Shown here in pieces: positions 9,842 to 18,297 of a stretch of 64,000 bases of DNA; position 1 is the first letter of the stretch, and each line of letters begins with the position of its first letter. The notes under the pieces were generated by a model. It was not told the DNA's origin, did not search any database, and was given only the letters and a program-made list of their open reading frames with translations. The position numbers and the translations under genes are program-made. This DNA comes from an uncultured Candidatus Saccharibacteria bacterium (GTDB taxonomy: Bacteria; Patescibacteriota; Minisyncoccia; Phycocordibacterales; UBA12088). The stretch is from contig CAZLUD010000002.1 of NCBI GenBank assembly GCA_964562615.1, forward strand, positions 17,907 to 81,906, given 5' to 3'.

Positions 9842-10798
9842 ATGACTACGCAACAAACAATCGCAAAACTCGCATATGAGTTAAAAATCAATAAAATCTA
9901 CGCGCGTCATGTTTTTCATAATGCAGACAAAACGAGATTATTTGAAGATGCGGCTCGAATTGTTAATGAGAAGCCAAAACCTTTCGTGAAATGGGTTGGA
10001 GGAAAAAGACAGTTGCTCCGCCAATTTCGTGATATGGGGTTATATCCACCTGATGATTTTGATCCTGTTACCAATACATACTTTGAGCCGTTTGTTGGCG
10101 GTGGAGCTGTCTTTTTCGATCTTCTGCCTCAGAAAGCAGAACTTTCTGATCTCAATACAGAACTTGTGACAACATACAACGTCATTAAAAATGACGTTGA
10201 TGCACTAATTAATTCACTCAAAAAACACAAGTACGAAAAAGAGTACTATCTAGAATTGCGTGCAAAAGATCCCAAAGAACTATCAGATATAAATGTTGCT
10301 TCTCGGTTCATTTTTCTTAATCGCACTTGCTTCAATGGCATGTATAGGGTCAATAGCAAAGGTGAATTCAATGTTCCGTTTGGGAAATATACAAACCCTA
10401 TAATTTGTGACGGAGATAATTTGTTTAAAGTATCGAAATCACTAAAAAAAGTAACTATCAAAAATCAAGACTATAAAAAAGTTTTGGATAAAGCAAAAAA
10501 AGGAGATTTTGTATATTTCGATCCACCTTATTATCCAGTAAGTAAAACTGCTTCCTTCACTTCATATACAGCAGATGCTTTTTTAGAAAAAGAACAGACA
10601 GAGTTGAGAGATACATTCGTAGAATTACATAAACGTGGTTGTTTTGTCATGCTTTCTAACTCCGATACTTCAGTTATCAACGAACTATACTCGAATATTA
10701 AGGATATCAAAGTATCAAAAGTTGCTGCAAGCCGTGCCATAAACTCAAATGCTTCAAAGCGAGGAAAGATAAGTGAAGTTTTAGTAACTAACTATTAA
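9842..10798 (+). CDS. Dam-family N6-adenine DNA methyltransferase (probably GATC)
   Basis: KWVGGK, EPFVGGGA, FNGMYRVN..GEFNVPFG, DPPY. Confidence 0.92.
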   Translation: MTTQQTIAKLAYELKINKIYARHVFHNADKTRLFEDAARIVNEKPKPFVKWVGGKRQLLRQFRDMGLYPPDDFDPVTNTYFEPFVGGGAVFFDLLPQKAELSDLNTELVTTYNVIKNDVDALINSLKKHKYEKEYYLELRAKDPKELSDINVASRFIFLNRTCFNGMYRVNSKGEFNVPFGKYTNPIICDGDNLFKVSKSLKKVTIKNQDYKKVLDKAKKGDFVYFDPPYYPVSKTASFTSYTADAFLEKEQTELRDTFVELHKRGCFVMLSNSDTSVINELYSNIKDIKVSKVAASRAINSNASKRGKISEVLVTNY

Positions 10799-10801
10799 AT
10801 T

Positions 10802-11329
10802 ATGATTAAGGGTGGCGTTGGAGGAGGAAATACAAAAACAGGATTACACTTTGAAGGTCGAATTAATATTGTCGATCTACTAAATAGCCAGCCTGGCTAC
10901 AAAGTGACGAAAGATGTTGTCTACTTTGAGGGTTCAGAAGTCGCAATCTGCCTTGCAAAACATAAATTGTATAAATGGCTTGAAACTCAAAACATAGACT
11001 ACAAAAAGTACATATCAAAAAAGTTGCTACCCGATGAGGCGTTGTATGTAATTGTAGACAACACTTTGTATGTCATTGAAATGAAGTTTCAGGAGACTCC
11101 TGGGTCAGTTGATGAAAAATTACAAACGTGTGATTTTAAGCGTAAGCAATACTCAAAATTGATGGCTCCACTAAACATTGAAGTTGAGTACATGTATGTA
11201 CTAAGTGAGTGGTTTCGTAAAGATGAATACAAAGACGTACTTGACTATATTATTTCAGTTGGATGTCAGTACTATTTTGAATATATACCATTACAGAAAC
11301 TCGGCTTACCTGTACCGAAAATACAATAA
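10802..11329 (+). CDS. Putative PD-(D/E)xK restriction endonuclease
   Basis: LLPDEA...IEMKFQ motif; lies between two MTases. Confidence 0.7.
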   Translation: MIKGGVGGGNTKTGLHFEGRINIVDLLNSQPGYKVTKDVVYFEGSEVAICLAKHKLYKWLETQNIDYKKYISKKLLPDEALYVIVDNTLYVIEMKFQETPGSVDEKLQTCDFKRKQYSKLMAPLNIEVEYMYVLSEWFRKDEYKDVLDYIISVGCQYYFEYIPLQKLGLPVPKIQ

Positions 11330-11335
11330 TTATTC

Positions 11336-12088
11336 ATGGCTAAGGAAATGAAACTACACCCTGAAGAATTCGACCTTGAATGCACAACGGTGTGGGCATT
11401 TCCACGGCGTGGTAACTGGGCAACCCACAAATCAGACTGGCGTGGTAACTGGGCACCAGAAGTCGCCCGCAATCTAATCCTTCGATACTCTAACGAGGGT
11501 GACATTCTGCTAGATCCAATGATTGGCGGCGGTACTACTGCGATTGAAGCAAAGATACTCAATAGAAATATCATATGTTCAGACGTAAATGATATTGCAC
11601 TAGAACGAACAATGGAAAGTCTAAAATTTCCAGTTGAAAACAAATCGTGGCAAAAGATTGTTAAGAGGGATGCACGTGACCTCAGCAAGGCTGAAAATGA
11701 AAGTATTGATTTTATTCTCACTCACCCACCGTATGCTGATATTATCAAATATAGTGAGGGAGAAATTGATGAAGATCTTTCAAATATCCACGCGATAGAC
11801 GAGTTTGCGGACGAAATGGAAAAAGTCGCTAGTGAATTGTATAGAGTCCTTAAGCCTGGTAAATTTTGCGCAATTTTGATCGGTGATACTCGACGTCAAA
11901 AAATGTATCAACCTCTCGCATATCGAGTTATGGATCGCTTTTTGAATGTAGGTTTCGATCTCAAAGAAGACATCATAAAAAGACAATACAACTGTAAGGC
12001 AACGGGTTTTTGGGTAAATAAATCAAAAGAAAATAATTTCTTACTAATAATGCACGAACATTTGTTTGTATTTCAAAAAGCAAATTAA
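11336..12088 (+). CDS. Amino-group (N4-C/N6-A) DNA methyltransferase, HPPY type
   Basis: SAM motif DPMIGGGTT, catalytic THPPY, YRVLKPG. Confidence 0.85.
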   Translation: MAKEMKLHPEEFDLECTTVWAFPRRGNWATHKSDWRGNWAPEVARNLILRYSNEGDILLDPMIGGGTTAIEAKILNRNIICSDVNDIALERTMESLKFPVENKSWQKIVKRDARDLSKAENESIDFILTHPPYADIIKYSEGEIDEDLSNIHAIDEFADEMEKVASELYRVLKPGKFCAILIGDTRRQKMYQPLAYRVMDRFLNVGFDLKEDIIKRQYNCKATGFWVNKSKENNFLLIMHEHLFVFQKAN

Positions 12089-12092
12089 CGAT

Positions 12093-13874
12093 ATGTCTTA
12101 CAAAATTTTAAAAATTTCCATAAACAACTATCGGTCTATCAAAAGAATCACATTGACCACACCCGAATTCGGAAATCCTACAATTATATGTGGCGCAAAC
12201 AACGTAGGAAAAACAAATTTTTTACGAGCAATAGATTTATTTTTTAATGAAGTAAATTTCAAAGCATCAAACGACATTCCCTATGAAATAGTCGAAGCAA
12301 CGCGAGGAGCTGGCTATAAGACCACCATAAGTATTGATTTCATCGATACTGCTACAAAGGAAAAGGTTGTTATAAAGAAAGTATTCCGAGAACAATCTGG
12401 GGAAAATGTAGTTGAGAGAACTGGATATAAAAAGCCGTATCGAAGTAACCGTAATAATATTTATGATACTGAGATTAGAAAATTTCTTGATAATTTCCGT
12501 TTTCTTTTCGTCGAAGCTAGTAATGTAGACATCCCTGCACTTGTTGCACAAATCACAAAAAATAATGTACTTTCTGGACTCGACAAATTACGCAAGAAAC
12601 AAACTAAACCGTTGGATATTTTGAAAAAATTTATTTCGGAATCCGAAAAATCACTACAAAATATCGAGACGAATATCACAAAAAATTTTCAAGACTTTGC
12701 ACATGGGATTGGCACTTACACTGAAGGCTTAGATGCAAAAGACTGGCAGATTAAATTCATTTTTCCTGAGTATGAATTCTTAAGAGAAGCTGTTGGTAAT
12801 ATGGTTAACTTAGTGATGCAGGACAGCAACCAAAAAGAGCTCGAAGCTAAAGGTAGTGGTATTCAAAGAATACTCTTACTCTCTCTAATAAAGTATATCT
12901 CTGAGAACACAAAGAAAACTGTAATTTGGGGTATTGATGAACCAGAGGCTTTTCTTCAGCCAGGACTTCAGAAAAAAGTTTTTGCCATAATAAAGGAGAT
13001 GTCACGAAACCTTGAGATATTCATAACGACACACTCACATCACTTTGTGGATATTGGGTACCTAGAGCCAGTGCATCTATTTAATGCTAAATATACTCAA
13101 CAAGCATACTCAAGAAAGAAGAACAAAGAATATCTGAAGATAAGCACTGAAGTAGATAAGGTTACAGGATACAACAAGGTACAAAAAATAAGAGAACATC
13201 TCGGAGTAGCAACAAACGACAGTTGGGAGATTCTGCCCTACAACTTAATTGTTGAAGGCAACGAGGACAAATTATATTTGCTTAAGCTTTTAGAAATTAA
13301 CGGACTCGATCAGCCGAAAATACTTACAGCTGACGGAGCGGATAAAGTTCCCGGATATCTAGTCTTTGTTAATATGTTTTGCCAAGAACAAAAAATAAAA
13401 CCGAAAATACGAACAATATTAGATCATGACGCAAAAGGAAAACAGGTCTCAAGCAGCCTTAAATCAAAGAACTATTCATTTGATCATAAGTTAGAATTTA
13501 TTGAAAGATTCGATGGTAAAAGTAACGCAACTTGGGAATATGACGTTGAAGATTTAATTTATCCTGAAATATTAATTAAATCCGTTAATAAAATACTACA
13601 AAAAAGAAATTATTCGATACTAAAAGTAAAAGAGACCGTCACAAAGAAGAATCAGCCGAGTTATCAGAAAGATTCAATTCTTTCATTCATTACAGCGCAG
13701 GTTAAAGAAGTTAACCAGGATAAAGAAGAGCTTGACTTTGAAAGTCCGTCACTCAAAATATTTCTTTGTACAACCACCTGTTCTCTACTTTCACAGACTA
13801 AGGACATAGCTAACTTGAACAAAAAATATCCTGAAATCCTGAAATATTTAAAACAGATATCTGTAGAATTTTGA
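12093..13874 (+). CDS. OLD-family ATP-dependent nuclease (ABC ATPase plus TOPRIM)
   Basis: Walker A GANNVGKT, signature KGSGIQ, Walker B IDEPE, TTHS; TOPRIM IVEGNED and DHD. Confidence 0.8.
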   Translation: MSYKILKISINNYRSIKRITLTTPEFGNPTIICGANNVGKTNFLRAIDLFFNEVNFKASNDIPYEIVEATRGAGYKTTISIDFIDTATKEKVVIKKVFREQSGENVVERTGYKKPYRSNRNNIYDTEIRKFLDNFRFLFVEASNVDIPALVAQITKNNVLSGLDKLRKKQTKPLDILKKFISESEKSLQNIETNITKNFQDFAHGIGTYTEGLDAKDWQIKFIFPEYEFLREAVGNMVNLVMQDSNQKELEAKGSGIQRILLLSLIKYISENTKKTVIWGIDEPEAFLQPGLQKKVFAIIKEMSRNLEIFITTHSHHFVDIGYLEPVHLFNAKYTQQAYSRKKNKEYLKISTEVDKVTGYNKVQKIREHLGVATNDSWEILPYNLIVEGNEDKLYLLKLLEINGLDQPKILTADGADKVPGYLVFVNMFCQEQKIKPKIRTILDHDAKGKQVSSSLKSKNYSFDHKLEFIERFDGKSNATWEYDVEDLIYPEILIKSVNKILQKRNYSILKVKETVTKKNQPSYQKDSILSFITAQVKEVNQDKEELDFESPSLKIFLCTTTCSLLSQTKDIANLNKKYPEILKYLKQISVEF

Positions 13875-14081
13875 CAAGCACACACGCAGCAACACCGAGC
13901 AGGCGGCGCGAGCGAATGCGAGCGTGCCTATGCGAGGTGCTTGCGTAGTGTGAGCGGACGCTAGCTTTACCACGCGCGCTGTATACGGGAAGCGCGCCTC
14001 GCTCGACGCGAGGACGGAAAAAAGCGTAGTGGTAGGCTCTCAAGTAGATGGAGACTATAATGGAGCTTTTTGGAGGACGAA

Positions 14082-14323
14082 GCGGCGACCCCAAACCAAA
14101 GAAATATCCTTTCAATTTTTTGTCGGCTCCTCCCCAGACCCCTCCACCGAAAAATCAAAAAGTAAGGATATTTCATTGGTTGGGGGCGAGCGATTAGCGA
14201 GTGGCGAGGCGCGCCACACCCCAATGCGTACGCAGAAGTACAAAGCCACCACGCGCTCGACGCGTTGTAGTTATGGTCTTTTCTCGAAATGGGTTCGAGC
14301 AAAGGCTAGTATTTCATCACAAA
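14082..14323 (-). repeat. 242-bp inverted repeat, right copy
   Basis: Reverse complement of 9298-9539. Confidence 0.95.
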
Positions 14324-14560
14324 TCGGCCGACCGAATACGCGAATGCGTTTCGGTCGTTGCCGTTTGTAGGCACTACGGGGAATCGAACGACGGAGGCGG
14401 TATACAAGAACCGAAGCGAAGCGTAGGTTGCTTGTCGCCGAGTCGCGACCTAATTTTTACGACCAAAGGGAGATAAAAATGGAAGTACTCTTTGTGGTGC
14501 GACCAGCGTGCTTAGCCAGAATGGCTTAGCAAAAGCGGGTCGATTCCCCGTAGGGTCACA
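14317..14560 (+). repeat. Right direct repeat ending in tRNA-Glu 3' fragment (attR-like)
   Basis: Matches 9089-9278 except for a 48-bp insert flanked by duplicated GCGACC. Confidence 0.9.
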
Positions 14561-14691
14561 CGAAATCCTGGTACTAATTTTTTATTAGTACCAGGATTGC
14601 GCTTGTGATGCCTGGGAGGCAGAATCGAAAGCCGCAGCAAAGCGAGGCAGGGCAGGAGCCACTTAGGTTTCTGGGAGATATTGCTATTTAT

Positions 14692-14844
14692 CTATTTGAG
14701 TGGATTTTCACCGCGGATTACACGAATAAGTACTACAATAATAGCAATAACTAATAACACGTGAACGAATCCACCAACGGTATATGAGGTAACCATACCA
14801 AGAAGCCAAAGCACAACAAGAACAGCGGCGATAGTAGTAAGCAT
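14692..14844 (-). CDS. lmo0937-family small membrane protein (50 aa), absent from the ORF track
   Basis: Manual translation MLTTIAAVLVVLWLLGMVTSYTVGGFVHVLLVIAIIVVLIRVIRGENPLK fits the LWLLG...GG.IH.LLVIA pattern. Confidence 0.85.
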   Translation of the reverse strand: MLTTIAAVLVVLWLLGMVTSYTVGGFVHVLLVIAIIVVLIRVIRGENPLK

Positions 14845-15076
14845 AGGAGTGAGTTTTAAAAAGAATCAAATAATATTCGACTCATCGCTCACTGTGAGGC
14901 GATATAGTTATATTGTCTCACCTCACACAAAGAGCACAAGGGTGTGTCATAAGAACTCTCTGAGAACTACTAATCATCAATTTTAGAAATAAGAGCCGTG
15001 ATTTCTTTCAAGCAGACAATAAATCACAACTAATGCCACAATAACCACGTTAATTTGTGGTGATATACTCATGCAT

Positions 15077-15946
15077 ATGCCTAGAAAAATGCTGAGGAGT
15101 ATGGTGAAAAAGAAGGGGGTGAAAAGAGAAATGGCAAAGGCAGATGTAAAGGATGGCGTAAAGGTGAGTGGGAATGTGGATGTGGTAAGAAAAAAGAAGG
15201 GAGCATTTATGAATGAGAAAACGGGGAAGGTGTCAATCACTGAAGCGTTTGGTGGGTCACTTGCAGCATTGCTAGCGGATAAAATAGTGGCGGTGTATCC
15301 AGAATTTCAAAAAAAGAAATTTTGTGCACAGGTGGTAAAGGAGGTGGTGGGGAAGTCATATACCGAGCGGGTGGGTATCATTGCTGATGCACTCCATACA
15401 CACCTCCCTGAAGCATACCCAGATGCCCTCGGTATCTTGATGCAGATACTTGGACCAGAAAATAAAGAAGAGACCGGCATGTTTACCCACTATTATTGGC
15501 TTATGCCCGTGGGTAAATTTGTAGAGAAGTACGGGATAGACAATTTCTCTTTGTCTATAAAAGCAATAGAAGAGATAACAAAAAGAAATACTGGCGAGTA
15601 TGCCATTCGACCGTTTGCAAGAACGTACCCTGCAAAAACACTTGCCGTGTGTACGCGGTGGGCAAAGAGCAACAACTTTCACTTGCGCCGCCTTGCGTCA
15701 GAAGGGCTTCGCCCAAAGTTGCCATGGGCAACAAAACTTGAGGTGTGGAATGATGCCCCGGCGCCGGCTATGGCGATTCTTGATCTTTTGAAAGAGGATG
15801 AGGTGCGCTTTGTGAAAAAGTCGGTTGCCAATCATTTGCGCGATTGGATAAAGGTACATCCACAAGAAGCAAAAAAGATTATTGCTAGATGGTCTGTATC
15901 AAAGAATCCCGATACTATATGGATACTAAAGCATGCGCAGCGATAA
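15077..15946 (+). CDS. DNA alkylation repair protein (AlkC/AlkD-like HEAT repeat)
   Basis: EYAIRPF, HLRRLASEGLRPKLPW, VKKSVANHLRD; start uncertain (15077 or 15209). Confidence 0.85.
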   Translation: MPRKMLRSMVKKKGVKREMAKADVKDGVKVSGNVDVVRKKKGAFMNEKTGKVSITEAFGGSLAALLADKIVAVYPEFQKKKFCAQVVKEVVGKSYTERVGIIADALHTHLPEAYPDALGILMQILGPENKEETGMFTHYYWLMPVGKFVEKYGIDNFSLSIKAIEEITKRNTGEYAIRPFARTYPAKTLAVCTRWAKSNNFHLRRLASEGLRPKLPWATKLEVWNDAPAPAMAILDLLKEDEVRFVKKSVANHLRDWIKVHPQEAKKIIARWSVSKNPDTIWILKHAQR

Positions 15947-15949
15947 TAT

Positions 15950-16384
15950 ATGCATACGATAGAAATAAAAACAGTAGATACCGTACCAGAGCTGCGCGCA
16001 TTGATGGCGGTGTGTGAAAAGGTATTTGACTCACCGTATGTGGCTGATGATACGTATCTTGAAGAGATGCTTAATCAATCACATGGAGTATACCTTGGTG
16101 CGTATGATGATAAGCGTCTTGTAGGCGGTGTGGTGGCATTTGCACTTGTACCACTTCACGGTACAAAAGAATTGTACTTGTATGATATTGCAGTACATCC
16201 CGAGTACCAACTGAAGGGCATAGGCGCTATGCTAATTGCCGCCACAAAAGAAGAAGCAATAAAAAGAGACATACGAGTGGTGTTTGTAGAGGCAGAAGCA
16301 GATGATGATGGGGCGGTGGCGTTTTATAGAGCAATAGGAGCAACAGAGTTGTCGGTTACTCATTTTACTATCACCACACTATGA
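15950..16384 (+). CDS. GNAT acetyltransferase (AAC(3)-I-like)
   Basis: YLYDIAVHPEYQLKGIG, AVAFY. Confidence 0.8.
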   Translation: MHTIEIKTVDTVPELRALMAVCEKVFDSPYVADDTYLEEMLNQSHGVYLGAYDDKRLVGGVVAFALVPLHGTKELYLYDIAVHPEYQLKGIGAMLIAATKEEAIKRDIRVVFVEAEADDDGAVAFYRAIGATELSVTHFTITTL

Positions 16385-16764
16385 TTACGTACGGATACAC
16401 TATTTTATACGTTGAAGATGTTGAAAAGACCATTGCATTTTATGATAAAGCATTTGGCCTTACACAAAAATTTATCACTCCAGAAAAAGATTATGGTGAG
16501 CTTGCAACCGGGCAGACTACACTTGCCTTTGCTTCGTTCAAACTAGCTGAGCATAATGGGATATCCATTTCAATGAATGCTACTACATCATTTGAAATAG
16601 CCTTGGTGACTGATGCTATCGCTAGCACTTGGGAGCGTGCGCTTTTAGCTGGAGCTATTAGTGAAGCTGAGCCAAAGAAAAAGCCTTGGGGGCAGGAGGT
16701 GGGCTATCTACGGGATATCAACGGCTATCTCATAGAAGTATGTACCCCAGTGGTTACAGGCTAA
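16381..16764 (+). CDS. VOC/glyoxalase family protein
   Basis: YTILYVEDV..FY..AFG, PWGQ..YLRDING. Confidence 0.88.
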   Translation: MITYGYTILYVEDVEKTIAFYDKAFGLTQKFITPEKDYGELATGQTTLAFASFKLAEHNGISISMNATTSFEIALVTDAIASTWERALLAGAISEAEPKKKPWGQEVGYLRDINGYLIEVCTPVVTG

Positions 16765-16792
16765 GTAATACGGTGATACCATATATATACCT

Positions 16793-17227
16793 ATGACCTA
16801 CACCAACAAAACACAACCAACTACCATTACCCCAGAGGCATATCTAAAGGCGCTGGCGCCAAAGAACAAGCAAGTGCTAGAGGATGCGCGAGCGCTTATT
16901 GCGGTATACACAAAGGCGACTGGTTCGCCGTGTGTGATGTGGAATAAAATTTTTGGCTTTGGTTCGTATGAGTATGCAGACAGCAAGGGTGGAATGCATA
17001 CCCATTTAATGACAGGCTTTGCTATATCCTCAACTGGTTTTACCCTCTACACCATGGTGGGGTGGAAAGAATACGAGCAAGAGATAAAAAAGCTCGGAGT
17101 GTATAAACTCTCTGGCAAGTCATGCCTTGCGATAAAAAATGTTGCGGCAATTGATCTTGCGGTGCTCGGTACAATCATCAAGAAGTCTATTGCTGTAATG
17201 AAGAAGAAGTACAAGACGCATAAGTAA
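16793..17227 (+). CDS. DUF1801-domain protein
   Basis: NKTQPT, MW..IFGFGSYEY, LG.YK..KSCL. Confidence 0.75.
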   Translation: MTYTNKTQPTTITPEAYLKALAPKNKQVLEDARALIAVYTKATGSPCVMWNKIFGFGSYEYADSKGGMHTHLMTGFAISSTGFTLYTMVGWKEYEQEIKKLGVYKLSGKSCLAIKNVAAIDLAVLGTIIKKSIAVMKKKYKTHK

Positions 17228-17234
17228 TTGGTAT

Positions 17235-17260
17235 AAAAAAATGTGCCCTTGCGGGCACAT
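17235..17260 (-). terminator. Terminator between convergent genes
   Basis: ATGTGCCC/GGGCACAT stem with adjoining A-tract. Confidence 0.7.
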
Positions 17261-17290
17261 AAAGAAGACGAGAGGCATCAAGCAGAGAAT

Positions 17291-17731
17291 CTATCTCATA
17301 GGATTCTCATACAAAGGATCTTTTGGACCAAAATAACCTCTCAGTAACCTAGAAGTAAGGTTACTTTTGAATGCACCCACCGGTACACTACCTTTGCGTG
17401 GGATTATCTTGATAACATCGCCCACCTCGAAGTGGGAGGCGTCAAAGAATGGCCAAAATTCATACTCAACATCTCTACCAGTCAATGATTTTGTTAACTC
17501 AAAGTATGTATCGCATCCCTGCGGAGGCACTACGGTTTTCCCACTTGAGAAAACAGTGGAGCCTCTCATAATTATTACCTTTTCCCCATCAGTATCTTGT
17601 GGCGCCTGAAGCCGCTCACATGTAGTTTCGTACGTAATTCCACGGTGATCTGTTTCAAGAATTAGAAACCTCTGCCACCTTGGTGTTGAAATTACAGTAA
17701 CGGAAACCGTGAACTGGTTAAACTGCGACAT
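17291..17731 (-). CDS. Orphan hypothetical protein
   Basis: Promoter TTGACA-17-CATACT (17790-17762), GGAG SD, ATG 17731. Confidence 0.6.
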   Translation of the reverse strand: MSQFNQFTVSVTVISTPRWQRFLILETDHRGITYETTCERLQAPQDTDGEKVIIMRGSTVFSSGKTVVPPQGCDTYFELTKSLTGRDVEYEFWPFFDASHFEVGDVIKIIPRKGSVPVGAFKSNLTSRLLRGYFGPKDPLYENPMR

Positions 17732-17842
17732 GTAAGCAGACTCCATTGTTTTGCTTGTGCGAGTATGCATATAAAAGCGTTGTGTGTCAATGCTGTGGCT
17801 ATACGCATGCGAGTGTGTTGGATATGGTAGTATGAATGCACT

Positions 17843-18271
17843 ATGGAAATAAAAAATAATATGTATGTGGTGGGTGGGGGAATGTTGGTGGTAGGGCTAG
17901 TGCTTGGCGGGTTACTATCTTCTTGCATGGCAAAAAATAAGTGGCACATGATGGATAAAAATCCTGGGATGTACCATGAAGGCTCTATGCATGGTGATAT
18001 GCGAAAGAATGATTCTATGAAAGGTGCAATGGAGGGTATGATGCATACCATGGATGGAAAGACCGGTGCCGAGCTAGAAAAAGCATTTTTAGAAGAAATG
18101 ATTGTGCACCATGAAGGCGCCGTGAGTATGGCAGAGGCGCTTATTGCCGGCACTACGCGTCCAGAGCTACTTACCCTAGGAAGAGAAATCATCACCGCGC
18201 AAATGAAAGAAATAGAGCAGATGAAGGGATGGCTTAATGAGTGGTTTCTTGCTGCGCCTACTACCGAGTAA
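17843..18271 (+). CDS. DUF305-domain (ferritin-like) membrane-anchored protein
   Basis: FLEEMIVHHEGAVSMA, IITAQ..EI.QM..W; Met/His-rich linker. Confidence 0.85.
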   Translation: MEIKNNMYVVGGGMLVVGLVLGGLLSSCMAKNKWHMMDKNPGMYHEGSMHGDMRKNDSMKGAMEGMMHTMDGKTGAELEKAFLEEMIVHHEGAVSMAEALIAGTTRPELLTLGREIITAQMKEIEQMKGWLNEWFLAAPTTE

Positions 18272-18297
18272 TCCTATCTTGCCATAGGCTATAGAGG

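Larger units (their letters stand above)
9071..14560. mobile_element. tRNA-Glu-integrated defence island without an encoded integrase
   Basis: tRNA 3' end TCGATTCCCCGTAGGGTCACA repeated at ~9258-9278 and ~14540-14560; AT-rich cargo; terminal repeats. Confidence 0.8.

Noticed and set aside
11406-11455. 17-bp direct repeat GGCGTGGTAACTGGGCA within the MTase
   Set aside because: In frame and encodes the repeated RGNWA peptide; no evidence of an insertion
9258-14560. Additional tRNA genes or a CRISPR array in the repeats
   Set aside because: Only ~21-nt tRNA 3' fragments; no regular repeat-spacer periodicity and no cas genes
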